Assembly (NCBI GenBank): GCA_965247095.1
Contig: OZ251997.1
Coordinates: 1,152,001 to 1,216,000, forward strand
Direction of reading: 5' to 3'
Length of the DNA: 64,000 bases
DNA from: Candidatus Multivorans sp.
Lineage (GTDB): Bacteria; Acidobacteriota; Thermoanaerobaculia; Multivoradales; Multivoraceae
The position numbers were made by a program, and so were the translations under genes. A model generated the notes under the pieces. It searched no databases and was not told the DNA's origin. It saw nothing but the letters and a program-made list of their open reading frames with translations. Positions 62,330-64,000 of the stretch are shown one piece after another. Every line of letters starts with the position of its first letter. The stretch's first letter is position 1.

Positions 62330-62815
62330 ATGTCCCCGAACCGAGTGAAGGCTGCCGCGATCGGCGGCTCGATCGCAGGCGCCGCTTCCGAGATTCCGGT
62401 TCTCAACTTCCTCAACCTGGCCTGTTGCGCCCTCGTCGTCGGCGGCGCCCTGCTCGCCGTTCACCTGGCGCTCCGGAACGAACCGCCCACCGACAGCGCG
62501 CCCCTGGGCGCCGGCGCGGCGATCGGCGCCCTCTCGGGAGTGTTTGCCGCGGCCGTGGGCACAATCATCTCCATCCCGGTCACGCTGCTCATCGGCAACA
62601 TCGCGCAAGAGGGAATCGCGACCTTCCTGGAAAGCAGCGAGGCCCTTCAAATCGAGGGACTGCCACGGGATCTCCTGGAATCGCTGACCACCTCCAGTGA
62701 GGGAATCGTCATGAGCGCGCTGCTCCTGGGCCTCGTGTTCAGCCTGCTCCTCTACACGGTGTTCGCTGCCCTCGGCGGCATCCTGGGAGCTTCGCTCTTC
62801 CACAAGAAGGCCTAG
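62330..62815 (+). CDS. Small 4-TM membrane protein, vicinal-Cys paralog 3
   Basis: NLACCALVVGGA; AAGGAG RBS. Confidence 0.82.
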   Translation: MSPNRVKAAAIGGSIAGAASEIPVLNFLNLACCALVVGGALLAVHLALRNEPPTDSAPLGAGAAIGALSGVFAAAVGTIISIPVTLLIGNIAQEGIATFLESSEALQIEGLPRDLLESLTTSSEGIVMSALLLGLVFSLLLYTVFAALGGILGASLFHKKA

Positions 62816-62864
62816 TCCCCGGGCGCACCCACCGCCGGTATGATCGCGCCGTGAGGAGCGATCA

Positions 62865-64000
62865 GTGACCGGCTGGAACTCCATCCCCGAGCTCGGCAGC
62901 CTGATCGGCCAGGAGGTCCGGCTCCGCGGCTGGGTCGATGGCCGCCGTTCCAGCGGTCGGATCGGCTTCATCCAGCTCCGGGACTCGGGCGCCACCGTGC
63001 AGCTCGTGATCAGCCGCAAGGAGGTGGACGACGCCTCCTGGGAGGCGCTCCAACGCGCCACGCAGGAATCGACCGTCGAGGTAACCGGCGCCGCCGCCGC
63101 CGACCCGCGCTCGCCCGGCGGGGTCGAGATCCAGGTCTCGTCCCTGGTCCTGGTCCACGGCGCCGACGGCTACCCGATCACGCCGAAGGAGCACGGCACC
63201 GCCTTCCTGATGGACCATCGCCACCTCTGGCTGCGCTCCAGCCGCCAGCGGGCGGTGCTGCGGATCCGCAGCGAGGTCTGCCAGGCCATCCACGACTTCC
63301 ACCGCGAACGCGGCTACTACCTGGTCGACTCGCCGATCCTGACGCCGGCCGCCTGCGAGGGCACGTCTACCCTGTTCGAAACGCCGTACTTCGACCACGG
63401 CAACGCGTATCTCAGCCAGTCCGGCCAGCTCTACCTCGAACCGGCGGCCGCCGCCCTGGGCAAGGTCTACTGCTTCGGCCCCACCTTCCGGGCCGAGAAG
63501 TCGAAGACCCGGCGCCACCTGATGGAGTTCTGGATGGTCGAGCCGGAGGCTGCCTTCCTCGACTTCGAGGGCCTGTGCGAACTGGCCGAGGACTTCGTCG
63601 TCTACCTTGCGGAGAGGGTGCTGGAACACTGCGGCGACCCGCTCTCGATCCTCGAGCGGGACCGGTCCAAACTCGAAGCGATCCGCAAGCCCTTCCCGCG
63701 CCTCCGCTACGCGGAAGCGATCGATCTCCTGCGCCGCCAAGGGTCCGCCATCGAGTTCGGCGAGGACTTCGGCGCCCCGGAGGAGACAAGGGTCGCGCAG
63801 CAGTTCGATCGGCCGGTGATGGTCACCCACTACCCGACTTCGCTCAAGGCGTTCTACATGGCGCCCGACCCGGACGACCCGACCCTGGCCCTGGCGCTCG
63901 ACGTGATCGCTCCGGAGGGCTACGGCGAGATCATCGGCGGCAGCCAGCGCATCCACGACCACGATCTGCTGCTGTCGCGGCTCAAGGAGCACGATCTGCC
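62865..64000 (+). CDS. asnS: Asparagine-tRNA ligase (3' part outside window)
   Basis: Manual translation from GTG 62865: LRGWVDGRRSSGRIGFIQLRD, YPITPKEHG, HRHLWLRS, ACEGTSTLF, YLSQSGQLY, FRAEKSKTRRHLMEFWM. Confidence 0.95.
   Translation, partial: MTGWNSIPELGSLIGQEVRLRGWVDGRRSSGRIGFIQLRDSGATVQLVISRKEVDDASWEALQRATQESTVEVTGAAAADPRSPGGVEIQVSSLVLVHGADGYPITPKEHGTAFLMDHRHLWLRSSRQRAVLRIRSEVCQAIHDFHRERGYYLVDSPILTPAACEGTSTLFETPYFDHGNAYLSQSGQLYLEPAAAALGKVYCFGPTFRAEKSKTRRHLMEFWMVEPEAAFLDFEGLCELAEDFVVYLAERVLEHCGDPLSILERDRSKLEAIRKPFPRLRYAEAIDLLRRQGSAIEFGEDFGAPEETRVAQQFDRPVMVTHYPTSLKAFYMAPDPDDPTLALALDVIAPEGYGEIIGGSQRIHDHDLLLSRLKEHDL

Overview
High-GC bacterial chromosomal window; gene content and order suggest Acidobacteriota or a similar diderm, possibly marine or host-associated (inference only). 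1-36 kb and 52.5-64 kb are mostly housekeeping: a membrane sensor fragment, cmk, rluB, scpAB, a GT4, recG, an LD-carboxypeptidase, rnpB, uvrBC, PBP1A, rplI-rpsR-rpsF, hppA, pth-rplY-prs-tRNA-Gln-ispE, HU, dtd, ssb, mutS, tsaB, psd-pssA, trxB, TRAP, MATE, SDR and asnS. About 36.2-52.5 kb is an accessory region around tRNA-Asn. It holds four IS elements (a frameshifted rve-type IS, a 5'-truncated IS1182/IS5-like element, an ISL3, and an intact IS21 with a 6-bp target duplication), a broken Ig-like surface protein with a poly-C frameshift in its signal peptide, a ~2470-aa modular autotransporter-like adhesin, and a doubly inactivated pckA. The best candidates for undescribed biology are: a DUF2085-like protein surrounded by three paralogous vicinal-Cys membrane proteins; the putative poly-C phase switch; orphan IS right ends that bracket the accessory region; a lipoprotein in the lolB position; an IS21 three-way-junction RNA; and an RNase P RNA lacking P18. 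All calls were made by eye with no database searches.
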